64,000 nucleotides of DNA, from contig NC_083401.1 of assembly GCF_020745735.1 (NCBI RefSeq), positions 98,081,740-98,145,739 on the forward strand. Reading direction: 5' to 3'. Position 1 is the first letter of the stretch, and every line of letters begins with the position of its first letter. This document shows positions 1-14,083 of this stretch, piece after piece. A model generated the notes under the pieces. The model did no database searches and had not been told where the DNA came from. It was given only the letters and a program-made list of their open reading frames with translations. A program made the position numbers and the translations under genes. This stretch comes from Hemiscyllium ocellatum (lineage: Eukaryota).

Positions 1-1690
1 CGTTTCATCTCCCCAGTGCAGAAGAGCCCAGATTACAAGCAGCAAATACAACAGTCTAGAGTGAGTGGTGCAGGTAAATCGCTGCTTCACCTGGAATGTG
101 TATCTCGAGACTTGGGTAGCAAGGAGTGAGGTGGTAAATGGACAGATATTGCACATGCTGCAAATGCACAGAAAAGTGATAAGGTTGGGATCAGGTGGAC
201 CTGTTATGGGGAGTAAAGGAGTGGACAAGACTGCCCTGGAGAGGATGGGAATGTGTTTGGTGGTGTCATCGATGGCAGCACGCTTGGAGAAGGTGGCATC
301 ATCAGAACAGATGTGATGGAGACAGGGTAACAGAGAATGAAATGAAGCTCTGAAAGGAAGCAGGATATGAGGGTGTAGAGTTTAAAGTGGTGTGGGAGTC
401 AACGGAGACCCTAAAACCATCCTGATTGTGGATGGACGTGTACAGGGACTACACATCCATAACAAAGAGTCGGCAGCTGGTGTCCGCAAACAGAAAGTTT
501 TCAAACTAACAAAGCATTAGAAGAATTGCAGATCTAAGTGGGGAGGGACTGGTCAAGGAGAGAAAGAAAATCCAGTCAAGGTAGAAAGAAATAAAGTTCC
601 ATGTGGCAAGAGCAGGCAGGAATAACGAATCAGCCTGGGCAATCCGGTTTGTGGATTTTTAGAAGAAGGTAGAATTACGCTATATTGGATTGCAGGCTTG
701 GAGGCTGTGGGGCAGGGGAGGACAACCCTCAGATAATCGTCGATACAATAGCCTAATATTCGATGGTGGAGTTATGGTTTGGGGAAGTCAGGTGGTCATG
801 TCTGAGAGCAGATGGTCATCCTCCACAAAATTGAGGTCAGTATGCCAGACAACAATAGCACCACCCTTGTCAGCAGGCTTGGTTACAAAGTCAAAGTTGG
901 ATCTGAGAGCACAGAGGGCAATTAGCTCAGAGGGAAGATTGGTTCAAATGGGAGGCAGGTGCAGAGTAACTGAGGTGACCAATGTCACGTCACAGTTCTC
1001 AGCTAACGGGTCAAGTATACTTAAAAGGCCAGGGAGAAGACTGTTATTCAAAGAAGTGGACACAGAGGTAAAAACAATGGAAGACACCCAACATTCAAGG
1101 TGGGGTCACAGATAAATAATATTGACTCCTTAAATCTTCAACATACACTGCAAAATCAGAAGGGATCATAAACACTTGACATGAGGTGGGGTTAGGAGAA
1201 GGGATGAAGACAGAGGGAAGAGTCGGGTAGAAGGTTTCAGCATGGCATGAGTTTTAGCAGCTTGCATTGCTTAATGCTTGAAAAGGTAGAGAAGTTTCAT
1301 GTTGGAACATCACATAAGCCAGAGAACAAAGTGAAACTGGAGGGCTCTGAGATAGTTTGTGGTGGTACTGTTGGAGAGAGGTTGACAGTGTGCATATGGC
1401 AGGGAATGGCAATGAATATGGATCTCAGTGATGCAGCGAGAACAAATGTCTAAAGAGTGCTGTATATCAGAGAGACCATGGGTGGATACAACATGGAGAT
1501 TGGCCACATTTATGGAGAGAAAGCAGAATTAATATTCTTCAGAACTTGATCTTAACCCATCTTCAAACCCCTGGCCCTGTCACACCATGGGGCTGCTTTC
1601 AGCACAGCCAACCCATTTCCACTTAGTCATGCTCCTAGTTAGCAGCTTTGCTTCCTCTTAGGCTTGCCCTTTGTTACACTGGCAGCTTTC
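1..1690 (-). mobile_element. Degenerate Penelope-like element (RT region, truncated by window edge)
   Basis: Minus strand ~857-897 translates DFVTKPADKGGAIVV, the PLE RT 'KPADKG' motif. Sequence resembles the + strand PLE at 20.8-23 kb. Many stops and frameshifts. Confidence 0.7.
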
Positions 1691-2264
1691 CAACCCTCTG
1701 GGACATGTCCACAAACTAAGGATTCTTGGATGATAACTGCGAATGCATCCACCATCTCTAGCTACATATTTTAATGTCTTAGATGTATCACATCAGATCT
1801 AGGAAATCTCTCAGTCTTGTACACCTTTACTTTTCCTTGACTTTTTCTCCAGTGATAATTGCATTTTGTCCCCATGGTTATTTAGAATTTTGGAATGATC
1901 ATTGAATATTTTTAAGATGGAGGTGGATAGAACCCTGGCAGGAGAATCAAGGGTTATCTTAGTAGACAGGAATGTGGAAATCAAATACAAACAGAGCAGC
2001 CACAATCTTACTGGATGGTGGAATAAACTCAAAAAAGGGCCAAACGGTCTGCACCAACTCCTATGTTGTTGGTTACAAATTATATAGAAGTGTGCAGTGG
2101 TGCTCCCAAGGGTCAGTGTTGGGGCTGCTGCTATTTACATATTAGCAGATATGATCGATTCAAAAATAAACAATGTCCAGAACCATGATTAGAGTACAAT
2201 TTCAAATTTTCAGACAACTTCGTTTTGAAATGCAGTAAACAGTAAGCAGGATAGTAACAAAACA

Positions 2265-2495
2265 CACGTTGCTGGAAAAGCTCAGCAGGTCTGGCAGCTA
2301 CGTGCAGAGAAATCAGAGTTAACATTTTAGGTTGAGTGACCCTTCCTCAGAACTATTCAGAGTTCAGTTGAGGAAGGGTCACTCAACCCAAAACGTCAAC
2401 TCTGATTTCTCTTCACATATGCTGCCTGACCTGCTGAGCTTTTCCAGCAATTTCTGTTTTTGTTACTGATGTTCATCATTTACAGCTCTTTCAGT
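2265..2495. mobile_element. Inverted pair of PLE terminal fragments with decayed hammerhead motifs
   Basis: Arms ~2269-2355 and ~2365-2450 are reverse complements. Each carries (C)TGAGGA-AGGGTC-ACTC-AACC with GAAA mutated to AAAA. Confidence 0.7.
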
Positions 2496-4559
2496 TTTTA
2501 TTTAGCAGAATAGTAAGACTCCTGCAGGACAAACAGAATAGCAAAATCAGCAAATATATATTAGATAAAATATAGAAAAGTTTTACCCAAGGTCAATTTA
2601 ATACAAAGTGTGGAATGGCAATATGAAATAGAGTATAATTTATTATTGCTGGGAATGAAGTACAAAAGCCTTCGATGTAGACAAGCGGAGACAATTATTA
2701 CAAGTCATATAGGAACTTTAGCTTCACAAAGACAGGGATGACTTCAAAAGCAAGGAAGTTGAGCTAAATCTTTATGCAAGACTGTTTAACCCACCTGGAG
2801 TATTACAGCCAGTTCTGTACAGAGACTGTGGGGAGAACTACTCCAGTGACACCACAGTGAAAACTATACAGAGAGAGATGAGAGAACCTGGGTTATATTC
2901 TGTAAAGTACAGTGTTAAAGGAGAGATTTGAAAGAGGAGTTCAAAAGATTGAAATCGTCTTGATCCAGCTGAAAGGATAAACCTTTCAGAAGGGACAGTA
3001 ACAAGAGTGACAAAATTAAATGATTGTCAAAGGACCATATAGTCATTGGACCAATAAAAGGGGAAATAAAATACGAGTGTTGGTATGTGAACGCATTGTC
3101 TCAAAAGAATGTTGGAAACAAATGGCAATAACAACTTGGAAAAGGGAACCGAATAGGGCTGGGTCTCTGATGACACCCCCAGCAGATTCACATTGTGAAA
3201 CACTAGTTAAAAAAAGGCAGCCCCCCCCCCCCCCCAAAAAAAGTTACAACAGATGATATGAGCAAACAGGACAGAATGATGTCACTGACGGTGCTGGAAG
3301 GGGTACTGCGCAGGTGACTTTTACACAAGTACAGACAGCTTTTTGGGAGGTGTCAGCAGATTCTTGAATAAATACTGGATAATGAATCATTTACTGGGTT
3401 ATGAAACTATTTGGACAGACATCAAACAACTGTCACAGCAATGATAGGCCTCCTTCTTGCTACAACATAGGACTAGAGTTAAAACTTGCTTATTGCAGCC
3501 TCCCAGAGTTAAACTTCATTTTGAGGCTAATAATAGGTATCAGATTGAATGTTGGATTTGTAAAGTATGCAGGAAGCAGCACAGATATACTTCTACCAAC
3601 ATAAGAATGTTCTATACATTTCCACGAGGTTACATCTGTGCTACACAGTAGTGAGAACAAAAATTCAACTACTTTTAAAATTAAACTAACATTTAAGAGC
3701 TTTCAAAATGCTGGTCACAACAAGTAAACAAACCACCTTGGGTATCACAAACATCAGCACAAAGAGTTGTGTCAATTTAATTAGGGCCCTCCTTAAGGAC
3801 AAAAACTGCAAATACACAGAGGATCCTAGTTATCACTTTCAGAAGCTGAATTCCAGGCTAATTAGTCATTAAATCTTGTATGCATATAAAAAGTCCCACC
3901 CTACATCACCCAGATTACCTTTTCATCTTGAGGACAAATACATGCCTGCTGCCCTACAACTAGTAGGGTAAAATCCACTTTCTCCTATTCATAGTGACCA
4001 AAATACAGAATTGTGCAACTTAGAGACATACACACAGCTTCAATTAAATTTATGCCCATTCTCGAAAAAGACATGACTTAGTTCACTTTGAAGATGCCAA
4101 CCTAACTACTTCTGGCACTACGGTATTGTTCGATGACTAAAATTTATTTTCTTAAGATGAGATCCAGTAATCACGGAAAAATAGTCATGTGCAGTTATTT
4201 TGGAACACTGCTTAATGCAAAGTCAGAATACCATTACCTAAAACAGGCTGATTACACTGATCATCAGAAATAGATATGAAGATAGTAACCTTGCAACATA
4301 CCTGGCACATATCCCAAAGTATAAATGTTATGTTGCTCACTCAATTCAGCACTGAACTCAAAACTGTTTGGCGGGGTAAATGATATTTGATGGTCGAACA
4401 TAACATTGTAACAACACCTTTACTGAAGTTTTAGTTTTATTTAAACGTGTCAAATAAAAAGGCAAATATGATGTACAGTGCTACGGTACAACAGTTATTA
4501 TTGAAAATTGTTACACCAGTGTATCACTTGCCAAAAACACTGAGCTTCTAAGTATAAAA

Positions 4560-5330
4560 TCAGACCATTGTGTGTCAGAATACAAATAACATCCCAGGAA
4601 ATGGGATGTTACTTGTACCATTTAGGAAATGGATGGGTGGGAGAAACTCAAAAATCACAAGTCACTAGCAAAATGGTATTAAGTAAATTGCTGGAGTTGC
4701 AGGTTAACAAATACCTGGTTTCTGATGGAGTACATTCTGGGGTTTTAAGGTAAGTGGCCAGTGACATTGCTGATGGATTGGTTTTGGTTTTCCAAAATTC
4801 CCCAAATTCCAAGAAGGTCTCATTAGATCAGAAGTTAGCAAGCCATTTCTTTATTCAAAAAGTGAGGGAGACAGAAAGCAGGAAGGTATATAGCCAGTTA
4901 ACGTAACATTTATGTGAGGAAATTTTTTAAAAGGGAGTTACAGCAGGGCACTTGGATAAAGTCAATGCATACAGGCAAAGTCAACATCATTTTGTGAATG
5001 AGAAATCATGGGCAACTCTGAGAAAGTAACATGCTTTAGATAAAAGGAAACTGGTGGATGTACTATAGTTGGATTTTCTTAAGCCATTGAAGAAGTGCCA
5101 CATCAAAGGTACTGCAAAAAGTAAAAAAGGTCCTCTGCAGGTGGTTGCATATTTGCATCGCTTCCTACTTGCCAGCCAGAGTAGGCAAAAATGAGTCTTT
5201 TTATTCTTGGCAGGATGAGACAAGTGGTATGTTACAATGCTGGACCTCAAATCTTTACAATTTACACGGATGAAGGGATCATAAGCATGACTGCCAAATT
5301 TGCAAAGACACAAGGATAGGTAGGAAAACA
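4560..5330 (+). mobile_element. Old CR1-type LINE ORF2 fragment
   Basis: Degenerate similarity to the CR1 RT region (agtcaacatcattttgtgaa..., gtggatgtactatagttggatttt...aagcc). Confidence 0.55.
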
Positions 5331-5489
5331 ATCAAAACAGTCTAGTGCTACAGAAACATATCATCTGTGGAGAGAATTAATATTAAGTCCAATTGGACCC
5401 CTCTGCAAAGACACCGCTAAACCTTCTCTCGCACTGTTTTCATTTCACATCACCAACATCATCTGCACCTATAATAAAAACCAAATTGT

Positions 5490-5770
5490 GAAGTTACATA
5501 TGGCCTGTTCTTGATGTCACAGTACTTGTATGGCTAGCCCATTTCAGTTTTTTGTCAATAGTAACCCCCAGTATGTTGCTCGAGGGGTACTGAGCAATAT
5601 CAATGCAACTGAACACCAGTGGACTATAGATAGATTCCCTTTTATTGGAGATGACCATTTTCTGGGATTCGTGTGGTGCAAATGTTACTTGCCAATCTAC
5701 AGCATACAGCCATGCTGTACCCACGAACTCCTAGCAACAATCACGTTATCAGCAAGATCTAGAAGTATAA
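5490..5770 (-). mobile_element. Non-LTR RT fragment (same family as 29.2-31.0 kb; clade uncertain)
   Basis: ORF 5494-5724 reads WQVTFAPH...ISNKRES...NILGVTIDKKLKWASH, a non-LTR RT thumb region. Confidence 0.6.
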
Positions 5771-6835
5771 TGGACTAAATCTGCACTGTAGTAAATAGGT
5801 TTAAAGCTGATCAAAAGAAGATTACTGCAGCATGAATATGCAATATCAAATCCTTCAATGGAGGTGACATGCAAGTTAATATTCCTTGTATGCTGTAATG
5901 ACACAGAATAAATACTGCATCAAATGATCAAAATATACAGGAGCAGGGGGATATTACCCTTGGAAGTGACAAAATGATCCAGGAAAGTCAAATCATGGGG
6001 ACAAATTGGAGGGAACAGCAGCAGCAGCATAGGTTTCAAACTGCTCTCTCTCCTGTCACAGGAATAGCACTTTGTATGCGCATTACTACTGTAATGAACA
6101 TGTCAACTCGGTAATTTAATATTGAACAGTTTATTCCCCATAAGGATTTGTATTTTTCATTACCACACCTCAAAGCACCTCAAGTTGTTAATGACTTGAG
6201 GTGCACTGACTGTGAGAGACAAACATCCAACTGTTTAGCTATAACCTGACTTGTCCATATGAAGCTTGTTTAAGATAATGACTGTGGTCAACTAGTCGGT
6301 CAATTACTTTTCTAAAGTTGCATTTGTTAATAATGTATACGTGTTTCTTAATGCCAACTTAAATACTACGGCTCAAAATTCTGCTTTCCTTGCGAGTGTG
6401 ACTTCAAGTTTAGCAAAACAGTGATGACGACTGATATTGTGAATTTCCTCTAATTCGGAGAATTCAAATACCCCATGCCTCCACACGTGTACAAAAAATA
6501 ATTGTTACTACATGACTGATCACCTAATAAAGGCAATCATGAGAATTAAAAATGCATCTCTAAAAAGCAAAATAGTAGCCTCAGAGTGTCTCGAGAAGCG
6601 TTTGAGAAAAATGTTTTGACCATTATATTGCACATGGCTAGAACTCAACATTCCCCAATTGGAAATTATTAGGCAATGTACATTTTTACCCACACGTGAA
6701 AGCAATCAAATACTTGAAAAGACAAAAACGATAAGTACCAATTTGAATAAAAAATTGCTAATATAATATCAAGAATTATTTCAGACAATCAAATTTAAAT
6801 TTCCACTAAAGCAGTGAAGGAACTTGATTAGTTAC

Positions 6836-6984
6836 CTGCTAATGTTTGATCAAGCCTATGTATCAATGACTTTTTTGCTGATTCCATTTCTGAATTTGGA
6901 TGATCCAGTACTTGTCTGCACCATTGCAATGGACTAAAAGCTTTTTGAACTGGGGTTGGCAACCTCTTTGGTGATGTGTACAAC
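6836..6984 (-). CDS. SLAIN2: SLAIN motif-containing protein 2, coding exon 2 (149 bp)
   Basis: Acceptor ...cttttcaaccgtag|G and donor G|gtaac. Phase 2 completes the TG|G Trp codon from exon 1. Translates (W)[49 protein letters not shown], matching vertebrate SLAIN2 [47 protein letters not shown] as I recall it. Confidence 0.93.
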
Positions 6985-8553
6985 CTACGGTTGAAAAGAA
7001 ACAACATTTCCTGGGTTAATTATATGACTAGGAATTATTCTTAATCACTTAATATAATATCAGGTCCACTGGTTTTACTATCTTTCTCATTACTTTCCCT
7101 CAAACATTTTAAAAACAACTATGATGGATAAATCAATAAACCTTACATCCCAATTGTTGCCTTTGAGTTACTGGGCTTATCCAATACTTCTCTCCTCTTC
7201 AATGCACAAATGGATTGCTGCATTTTGCGACATTACAAAAGTGACTATTTGAAAAGTACTTCGTAACCTGTGAAGTGAATTGGCTTGTTCTGATATTTTT
7301 TTCAAAAAATAAAACTCTACATTATTTCTTCGTCATGGACTGTTTTAAATTGGCATAAATGCAGTTAATATTATGCTCCAACCCTTTTTCCCCCTCTCCA
7401 AAAATAAGGATAGTTCCTCTACACTGCAATGAAAACTCAAAACAGAAAATAAAAAATAAAAAATAAAAATTCTACCAGATGTGAAGCCTAAAAAGATATG
7501 AAATGATGTCAAAATGCATGTTTCCACACTATCCTTCAGACCAAAGCTAAAGCGAAACATCCTTACAAAATATCACTGCTTTCTCAATTCGACACAGACC
7601 TGTCCAGCAATTTAACAGAGGCAATTTGAAGACATCTCTCAGAAGGCAAAAGCAAACTGCTCATTAACATATTTTGTCAACAATTGCAAACCCATTCTCT
7701 TAGATGGCATATGTTCTGAGATATCCATTCTTAAACTGCTTTGAAAAACAACTTTGAAGTAATGAATAAAATCACAATATCAAGGGATCAGTAATCAAGA
7801 CAAGCAGCAGAACTAGAACCATACAAGGGCAATTTTACTATTTCAGCAGCATGCACATTTGTGCAGACAAAAAAGGGATCATAATATTGACATGCAACTT
7901 CCAATCTGACAAAAGTGGCAGTCATTTAATAAAAAGGATATTATTAGAAGTACAAAACTAAAATCAACCACATTCTGAGCATGACATCAGATTAGCATTA
8001 AGGAAGGGCAGTGATGTGGAGTTGATATTTGTGTATAAAGGATATCCTGGTGCAGACTGGAAAAGGCCTGAATGATTCTCCATTCAGGCCACATGCTTGG
8101 GGGACACTGAGGATTAACTGCTTTCTTGACAAATTAAAAATTTCAAAATCATCTGCGAACATTTAGGCAGATCTCACTTATTGATGTTCTTAATATTTTC
8201 AAGTATTTTAAATGACTGAAGAAAAACAAAAAAAAAGTACATGATTACAGCATCAAGTAGCTTGAGGGTCAGTTTGTCAAAACTGGTCATGCCCTGGATC
8301 AGAAATGCTTAGTTTAAGCATATAATCTGAATTGATGATCCCATATTTAAGAAAATCAACATTATTACACGTGTTCTCCTCCGGATGAAATTTGTCAAAG
8401 CAAAGCAGAATAGCGGTAATTTTTTCACGACCTCAACGTTTCTCCCCCTCAGAGTCAACTGGTCATTTATTTCAAAATACTTGCATTCTGTAAAAAATAA
8501 TAAACTGAGCATATGATGGAATACTATGCAAAACACTCGTAAAAGCAAAAGTC

Positions 8554-11500
8554 GGGGATCCAAGATGGTAGAGATCCGAAGGATCTGCTTTGGTGGCTCT
8601 GCATCATAGCACAGGCAAAGCGGTGTACTAACCCACCCCACTTAAGCCATTTATTTAAAATTCAACACCAAGAGAGCTATACAATATTTACTAATCCTGT
8701 TTTATCAAGTAGAAATGACAAAACATGGGAAAGGATTAAGTCCAAACACGCGGGGCACTCATCAGAAGAAGAGAGTACACCCGCAGCTGCAGCTGCGAAC
8801 TCCTCTGCTAGTTCAATGGACCCGGTCACTTACCAGGCTCTGGTCGCAGAGTTTGCAAAGTTGCAAAAAACAATTGAAGCCACGATTGAAGAAAGGCTCA
8901 CAGTAGGTTGGGACCTGCTCTCAGCTGTGCTCTAAAAACATGAGCAGCAACTTGAAAGTCTTGAAAAGAGAATGGACAAGGTTGCGTGCTGAACCGCAAT
9001 GGCAGAGACTGATCGATTCTTCTAAGGAGTGGAACCAAGCCCTTGAGAAACAGGTCTGTATTTTAACTGAACAAGCTGACGACCTCGAGAATAGGGGCAA
9101 GAGGAAGAATTTTCGTTATCATTGATCTGCCGGAGGAAATGGAAGACGGTCAGCTAGGAAGTTTTTTTCCCCCCCCCCCCCAAGAACTGGCTGCCGCGAT
9201 TCCTTCACAAAGAAGCTCATGTAGGGCGGGAGAAGATTGAAGGAGTTCATCGGGTTACAGGCGCACGGGTCAAGTTTGAACCAGCACACTCACCCGGTCC
9301 TTGTGCGATTTCATAGTTGAGGACAAAAAGAATGATGGAAGTTTCCAGAACCCAGGGGATAGACCCAACAGCTTGAATTCGTGAAGGCTCCAGGATTATA
9401 TTCTTTTGGGACTTTTCAGCAGTGGTGATTTGGAAAAGGAAGTCTTTTGATGATATCAGATGACTAAGGAAACTCTGGATTCAGTATAAGTTAAAATACC
9501 CAGCAGTGCTCCATATTTCTTTCAATGGATCCATGCACTCATTTGACTCTTCAGAGAAAGCAAAAAACATTGTGGACACGTTAAAGTAGGCTGGATGTTT
9601 TAATGGATATAGATAACCATGTTTCTTTGTTTTCTTAAACAAAGTTTGTTGGATTTTTCTGATATTAACCAGTGTTAAATTAGTCAGGGTTGGGTAGAGT
9701 ACTCACTTTTAATTTCTTCATTAACATTGCTATTTTCTCACTTTTCTGGGACAAGGGTGCGTCTCAAACTGGAGAGAGTTATGAAGATGGTTGTGATGGC
9801 TAAGTGTCTGTCTAAGGACAGTTCAAGCCCGGTTTTATAGTTAATTGCCCTAGAAGCCATATTGGTGGTGGGACAGAAGATAAGATTTTGGGATGTCTAA
9901 GTGCCCCCAGTGGGTGGGGGGTTAATTCCCCTATTGAGCGCCATTGACATTGTGTTTTTTGGTTTTGTATGAATGTAGTTTTGTAAAGTTTGAGAACGGA
10001 TTATTTGTAGCAGTTTTATTTAGTGTAGTTTTTAGGCATGGAGTCTCTTTTCATTGATACTCAGCAATTTGCAATTCAAGTTCTTCCTCTCTGGAGTTCA
10101 AATCTTATGGTTTATGATGTTATTAAATGGTGCACCTGGAACATTAAAGGGAACCACTCACCAGTCAAGAGGAAAAGGTACTTTCCCATATGAAAAAAAG
10201 GAGGGGGTGAATATTGCCCTATTGCAGGAGATGCACCTTGATGACAAGGAACATTTGAAATTATAGCAAGGTGGGTTTGATCAGGTCGATTTTTCGTCTT
10301 TTAATATGAGCAGTAAGGGACAGGCCATACTGGTAAGGAAGAATCTTCCATTTAAATTACTAGATTGTACTAAAGACTCTCACAGGGGTTCATAATCCTC
10401 ACAGCTTTGATACAGGGGGAAGAATATGGTATTTTGAATGTTTAGTGCCCCCCGCACACCCCCTTAAATTCCTGGTAGATACATCTTCCAAATGGAGCAA
10501 TCTTGCATCACGACACGTTATCATAGGGGGAGATTTTAATTGTCTTATGGATCCCACGGTATACAGAATGCACAAAGGCCCCCCCATGCCTTCTTTGCAA
10601 TCTAAGCAATTAGTGGATATATGTGTGCATGAAACTAGGGTTGGTGGATGTCTGGAGGCCGCTCCACCCTATGTAGGGATTTTAACTTTCTTCTCTAACC
10701 CGTAAAACTGCCACACAAGGATGGACCTTTTCCTTATTCCTACAATACCCTTAGATTTGGTGGCATCCTGCACAATTGGGAATATTACCATTTCTGATCA
10801 TGCAGCAGTGTACTTACTGGTTAAGATTAAGGGCACTATAACGTGTTCGAGACACTGGTAAATAGATCCCTTTATTCTTAAGGATAGTAAGTTGATTGAT
10901 TATTTCTCTAAGGCATTCATATCTTCCTTAGCCATTAATTCAGATTCAGCCAGGAACCCATCCATTACTTGGGAAACTGCTAAGGCTTATGCCAGGGGGA
11001 TAATTATTTCTTACTCTGCCAGTAGGAAGTGGCAGAAAGGAAAACAGCAACACTTACTCGAGACATGGTTGAGGGCAGCTGAGAGGATATACTTTGATAA
11101 CCTTCGGTGGCTAAGCTGCAGAGAATCACAGCACTTTGGCCCACAAAGGCTGTTTCAGCATGGTGATAAGTCGGGTAAATATTTAGCATATTCTGCCTGG
11201 AAAAAGAGCCCCCACTCCACAAAACCATTACCTCAATTAGGGAAGTGACTGGGACTTTTACCTGCAATTCCAAAAAGATTAATGCAGCATTCCAGAAATT
11301 TTACACGAAATTATATCAGGCTGAGTGTTGTGAGGATAAATGGGTTAAGATAGAGGCTTTTTTCAAGAACTTGGATCTTCCAGGGATAACCCCTGAACAA
11401 GTGTCTTGCCTTAGTGCCCCTCGACAGTGCAGGAGGCTCTGAAGCAGCTTCAGAGCAGAAAGTGCCCGATCTTGATGGCCTTCCTAGTGAATTTTGTGAA

Positions 11501-12646
11501 GAATTTGTAAACATACTGTCAGGGCCCATGCTTAACATATTCAACCACTTGTACAGTCACAACTGCCTTCCACCATCCTGGAGAGACTAGTATCTCTCTT
11601 ATTCTTAGGAAAGGGAAGATTTGGAAGATTATGCTTCTTATCGGCCCATCTCACCTTTAAATGTTGATTTCAAAATCCTGTCCAAATCCTTACATCAAGG
11701 CTGGAAACTGTGCTGCCTTCCATTGTCAAAGAGGACCAGACAGGCTTTATAAAGGGCCACAGAACTTCCCCTAATGTTAGGAGATTACTCAATATGTTGT
11801 GTCAACAACAATCTGTTCAGCGACTAGTAATCTCCTTAGATGCAGAAAAGTCATTTGTTTGGGTTGAATAGCCATACCTCTTCTATACTTCAGAACGATT
11901 TGGTCTAGGTGAACTTTTTATTAAGTGCGTGAGGGTCCTTTATCGCAATCCTCTGGCCTCGGCTCTCACCAATGGTGTGCGATCCAGTAATTGTAATATT
12001 TCTAGGGGTAGTCGACAAGGCTGCCCCCTTTTGCCATTGTTATTTATGTTGATGATTGAGCAGAGGCCATCTATAGGGTCCTGAATAATCTTAATTTTGG
12101 GGTAGATTTGAAGTCGCATAAGATTACATTGTATGTGGATGATGTTCTTACGTTTTTGTCCAATCCAGCAGTTTTGGGACCTCACCTGATACATTTTATC
12201 AATTCATTTAACACCTTTCTGGGGCCATAAGATCAATTTTACAAAGTCAGAGGCCATGCTTATGGGAAGTCTTAGGGAAATATCTAACGTCAAGGGTGAA
12301 TCCTGATTTCCCTTTAAATGGCTTGGGAGGGGGGGGGGGGGGCCTTATTTTAGGTATATTCCTTACTCCTTTCTTGGATCACTTAGTTAGGGCTAACTTT
12401 GTTCATTTGGTTGACATAATTAAACAAGACCTTCAAATATGGGAGTTACATCCACTATCCCAGCTAGGTCAAATAGCTCTTACTAAAGTGAACATCCTCC
12501 CTCATTTGCTATAACCCATGCAAATTCTTCCTATGATCTTGACTAGACAGACAGACAGACAGGAAACTTAAATGACTGGTTTAGCTCTTCCATCTACCAC
12601 AAACGACCCCTTATCAACTTAAACAAATTGCAACTGTCTCATAGAT

Positions 12647-12677
<31 letters not shown>

Positions 12678-14083
12678 AGGGGAGAGAGCAGACCTCCCTG
12701 ATATTAAAAACTATCAATGAAGTTCTCTTTTATCCTATGTTAGTGACTCAGCCCGAGAGGACTTGGTGTCAACATGGATAGATATTGAAGCTTCCCAGGA
12801 AAGGTGTCGCCCTTATTAGGCTGCTGTTCTAAGACAAGAAAAGGGCAGTTACAGAGTATTGTCTGAACCCAATAATTATCAATGCTGTTAAGGCATTGAA
12901 GGCGATGCGTCACATCAAGGGTAATATAGCCAAAACCTAATTTCTTAGCCGTATAATTGGTATGCCGGGTTTCCAACTGGGGATAATGGATTCTGGGTTT
13001 AAACTGTGTCTTGCTTGGGTGACTTATTGGAGGGAGAAGCTATGCTATCCTTTGACCAAATAACTCAAGAACGGACTACTTAGTAGAGATCTCTTCCATG
13101 TTTTTTCAGATCAAGGACTTTATTCAAAACAGAACTAACCTTTTAACAGATCCTTACAGAGCTGATATAGTGAAGAGGGTGCCCAGTGCTAAGAACACAC
13201 TCTCCAGAAGCACCCTTTATCATCTGTTGGAGAGTGGCCCCTCAGACTAGGTTGGGCGACTTTCAGAGTGCTGGGGATTGAGATCCCCTCGGAGATATGG
13301 GAGGACATTTGTCAAAATACAAGGATTTTAATCTGTAGTAGGACACATGCCATACAGCTGAAGATTATGCATAGGGCCCATTCTGCCACAGATCGTCTCT
13401 CAAAATTCAGAGTGAGCGTATATGCCCCAAATGCAGAATGACTATGGGCACCCTTACTCACTGCTTGTAGCTTCATACATATTGGAGTGCTGTATTAGGC
13501 ATGTGGAAGAGGATCTTAGGGAGTGAATTGGAGATGGACCTTATGGTTTCTGTGCTCAGGGTACCTTACTTAGACATTCACGGGGATGTCCTTAATATCT
13601 TTACTTCTTGCGAGTAAAAATATTCTGTTGTGTTGGGTGTCCGAAAACCCCCTAGGTCTATCAGGTTGGTGTGAGCTAGTCATGTAGCATATCGTTTTAG
13701 ACTTTCTCACTAGTATGGTGCACCAAATAACTGAAGATTTTAAGACTTGGCAGCCTTTTTTGAATTACCTAGATACAGACATATCTACCATTCTAATAAG
13801 GGCTTCTATATAGCCATGATGATCTTGTCGAATGAATCTAATACCCTGAAAGGAAGAATTACAAAACATACGAATGTATATGCATTAATACTCTCAAAGA
13901 TTAAGAGCTACTGTGTGTTATTACGCTGAGCATTATTTGTTTTTCTTTTATGTTCATTTACCTTGTACATACAAAACAACATGCACTTGGGTGTAATCTT
14001 GTTCAGTTGGCATTTTGTTTTTAAGTTGTGCTGTTGTTGGTTTATTGCAAAAAATCTCTTGCAATAAAAATATTTTTTAAAAA
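8554..14083 (+). mobile_element. Near full-length decayed L1/Tx1-clade LINE in SLAIN2 intron 1 (antisense to the gene)
   Basis: 5' end GGGGATCCAAGATGG. ORF1 remnant from 8715 (DDLENRGKRKNFR; KYPAVLHI). ORF2 remnants include APE endonuclease (WNIKG, LLQEMH, IIGGDFN, ISDH), WETAKAYARG, RT (LDAEK, RQGCPLLP, LYVDDVL) and C-terminal CPKC..H..C. AATAAA at 14063 plus an A tail. Possible TSD aaaagt (8547-8552 / 14080-14085). Confidence 0.88.
12649..12677 (+). repeat. Poly-G tract (29 G) inside L1 ORF2
   Basis: Directly visible. A second, shorter G run lies near 12330. Confidence 0.9.

Noticed and set aside
3919-3984. 66-nt AG/GT-bounded segment on the minus strand as a possible SLAIN2 exon 3 or poison exon
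   Set aside because: The donor is good (AAG|gtaatc) but the polypyrimidine tract is weak. There is an in-frame stop in the phase set by exon 2 and no similarity to SLAIN2 exon 3. RNA-seq would be needed.
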